Assembly (NCBI RefSeq): GCF_001194135.2
Contig: NC_068984.1
Coordinates: 114,241,322 to 114,305,321, forward strand
Length of the DNA: 64,000 nucleotides
Source of the DNA: Octopus bimaculoides
Lineage: Eukaryota
Reading direction: 5' to 3'
Shown here: one piece after another, positions 62,791 to 64,000 of the stretch
Numbering within the stretch: the first letter of the stretch is position 1
How the letters are laid out: the number at the start of each line of letters is the position of its first letter
Notes under the pieces: generated by a model
The model's input: only the letters and a program-made list of their open reading frames with translations
Database searches by the model: none
What the model was told of the DNA's origin: nothing
Position numbers and translations under genes: made by a program

Positions 62791-64000
62791 CAGTGGGGGG
62801 AAATAAATATTCGTACATGTCAAAATTCTTTATTCATTTAACTTCTAATGAACATAAATGGGATATACCAATACTATATTTGCATACACATGCATAAACT
62901 AAGAATATGCAAAAGAAACTAATAAATTTATATACAATTATAAATATTTAGGGGTGAAAAAAGTATTCATACAGAATAAATTTATGATTTTCTATGCCAC
63001 AAAATACTGTTAAAATAATTTGTTTTTTTACTAGAACTTTCTCGTTTGTTCCAATAATCTTATCAGTAGTCATTTTTAAGTGTCAAAACGCTAGCTTCTT
63101 CATTCAGCACTGAGACAACATAAAGTAGTGTCGTAATAATGGCGAAAAGTAAAGAACTCACAAATTCAGTGAAAAACTTAATTATTGAACAGTGGAAAGC
63201 AGGTAAAAGTTACAGGAAAATATCAGAGACCCTTTGTATTCCATTTTCTACCATATCTTCATTTATTCAAAGATATAAAAAATCAGGAAATGTTGAAAAC
63301 AGAAGAAGATCCGGTGCACCATGCAAGATTTCCCCTAAATCTTTAAGAAAAATGAAGTGAAGTATCGAAAAAAACGCAATGATCACCAGAAAGGAGTTGC
63401 AAGAATATTTGTTAGCTTCAGGGACTAGTGTTGCACTACAAACAATCAGCAATGAACTTCATAGGAATGAACTGAAGTCACACTCTCCTAGAAAAACTCC
63501 GCTGTTGACTAAAAGGCATAGAGATGCCCGTTTAAAATTTGTTTATGAACATAAAGATAAATCTGATACATTCTGGGAAAATGTTCTATGGACAGACGAG
63601 TCGAAAATTGAATTGTTTGGATGAAATTCGTGAAGCCATGTTTGGAGGAAAGATGGTACTGCCTATTCACCGAAAAACACAATTCCTACCATAAAGTATG
63701 GAGGTAGCAACATCATGGTCTGGGGGTGTTTCTCTGCAAATGGCACTGGTAATTTACATGTAATAGATGGTAGAATGAATGCAGAGATGTACCAAAATAT
63801 TTTGAACAATAATTTATGGGACTCCATAGAAAAGCTCCAGCTTTGTGAAGGGTGAGTTTTACAATAGAATAACGACCCTAAGCACACGGCGAAGTCTACC
63901 AAGAAATGGATTGTCGATCACAATATAAAATTATTAGAATGGCCAAGCCAGTCACCTGACTTGAACCCCATTGAAAATTTGTGGCGTTATTTGAAAATTA
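62791..64000 (+). mobile_element. Tc1-family element, IR/DR-type left end, transposase pseudogene running off the window
   Basis: TA (62789-90) precedes CAGTGGGGGGAAATAAATATTCGTACA, with an inner direct repeat GGGGTGAAAAAAGTATTCATACA at ~62951. One frame from ATG 63139 reads MAKSKEL..., RRSGAP.K, VLWTDESKIELFG, MVWGCFS, NDPKHT and [15 protein letters not shown], with five in-frame stops. Confidence 0.95.

Overview
AT-rich, repeat-dense animal genomic DNA with five N-gaps. It is most likely an octopus or other coleoid, inferred from the SINE, RTE, Dong-R4 and Tc1-mariner landscape. The one clearly recognisable gene is KANSL1 on the minus strand: a giant first coding exon (ATG 32430, donor after 31124) is followed by an intron running beyond position 1, and I could not find the next exon in the window. 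A CpG-retaining domain (~28.6-40.3 kb) holds the promoter (paired NF-Y CCAAT boxes, YY1-like sites, E-box). It also holds a head-to-head plus-strand exon below the ORF-track cutoff that encodes a signal-peptide-like sequence and may splice into a 57-aa prohormone-like peptide. A second CpG-retaining domain (~52.6-55.6 kb) has exon-like units but no recognisable protein. The rest is a mosaic of mobile elements: several SINE families (some very young or nested, some in inverted pairs), RTE and Dong/R4 LINE remnants, a Helitron 5' fragment, Penelope-like remnants with degenerate type-I hammerhead motifs, a full-length dead mariner, two maT-like elements, a Tc1 element and MITEs. Family names rest on recalled motifs; no database search was run. 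Most long ORFs in the track are artefacts of N-gaps, microsatellites or antisense SINE reads.
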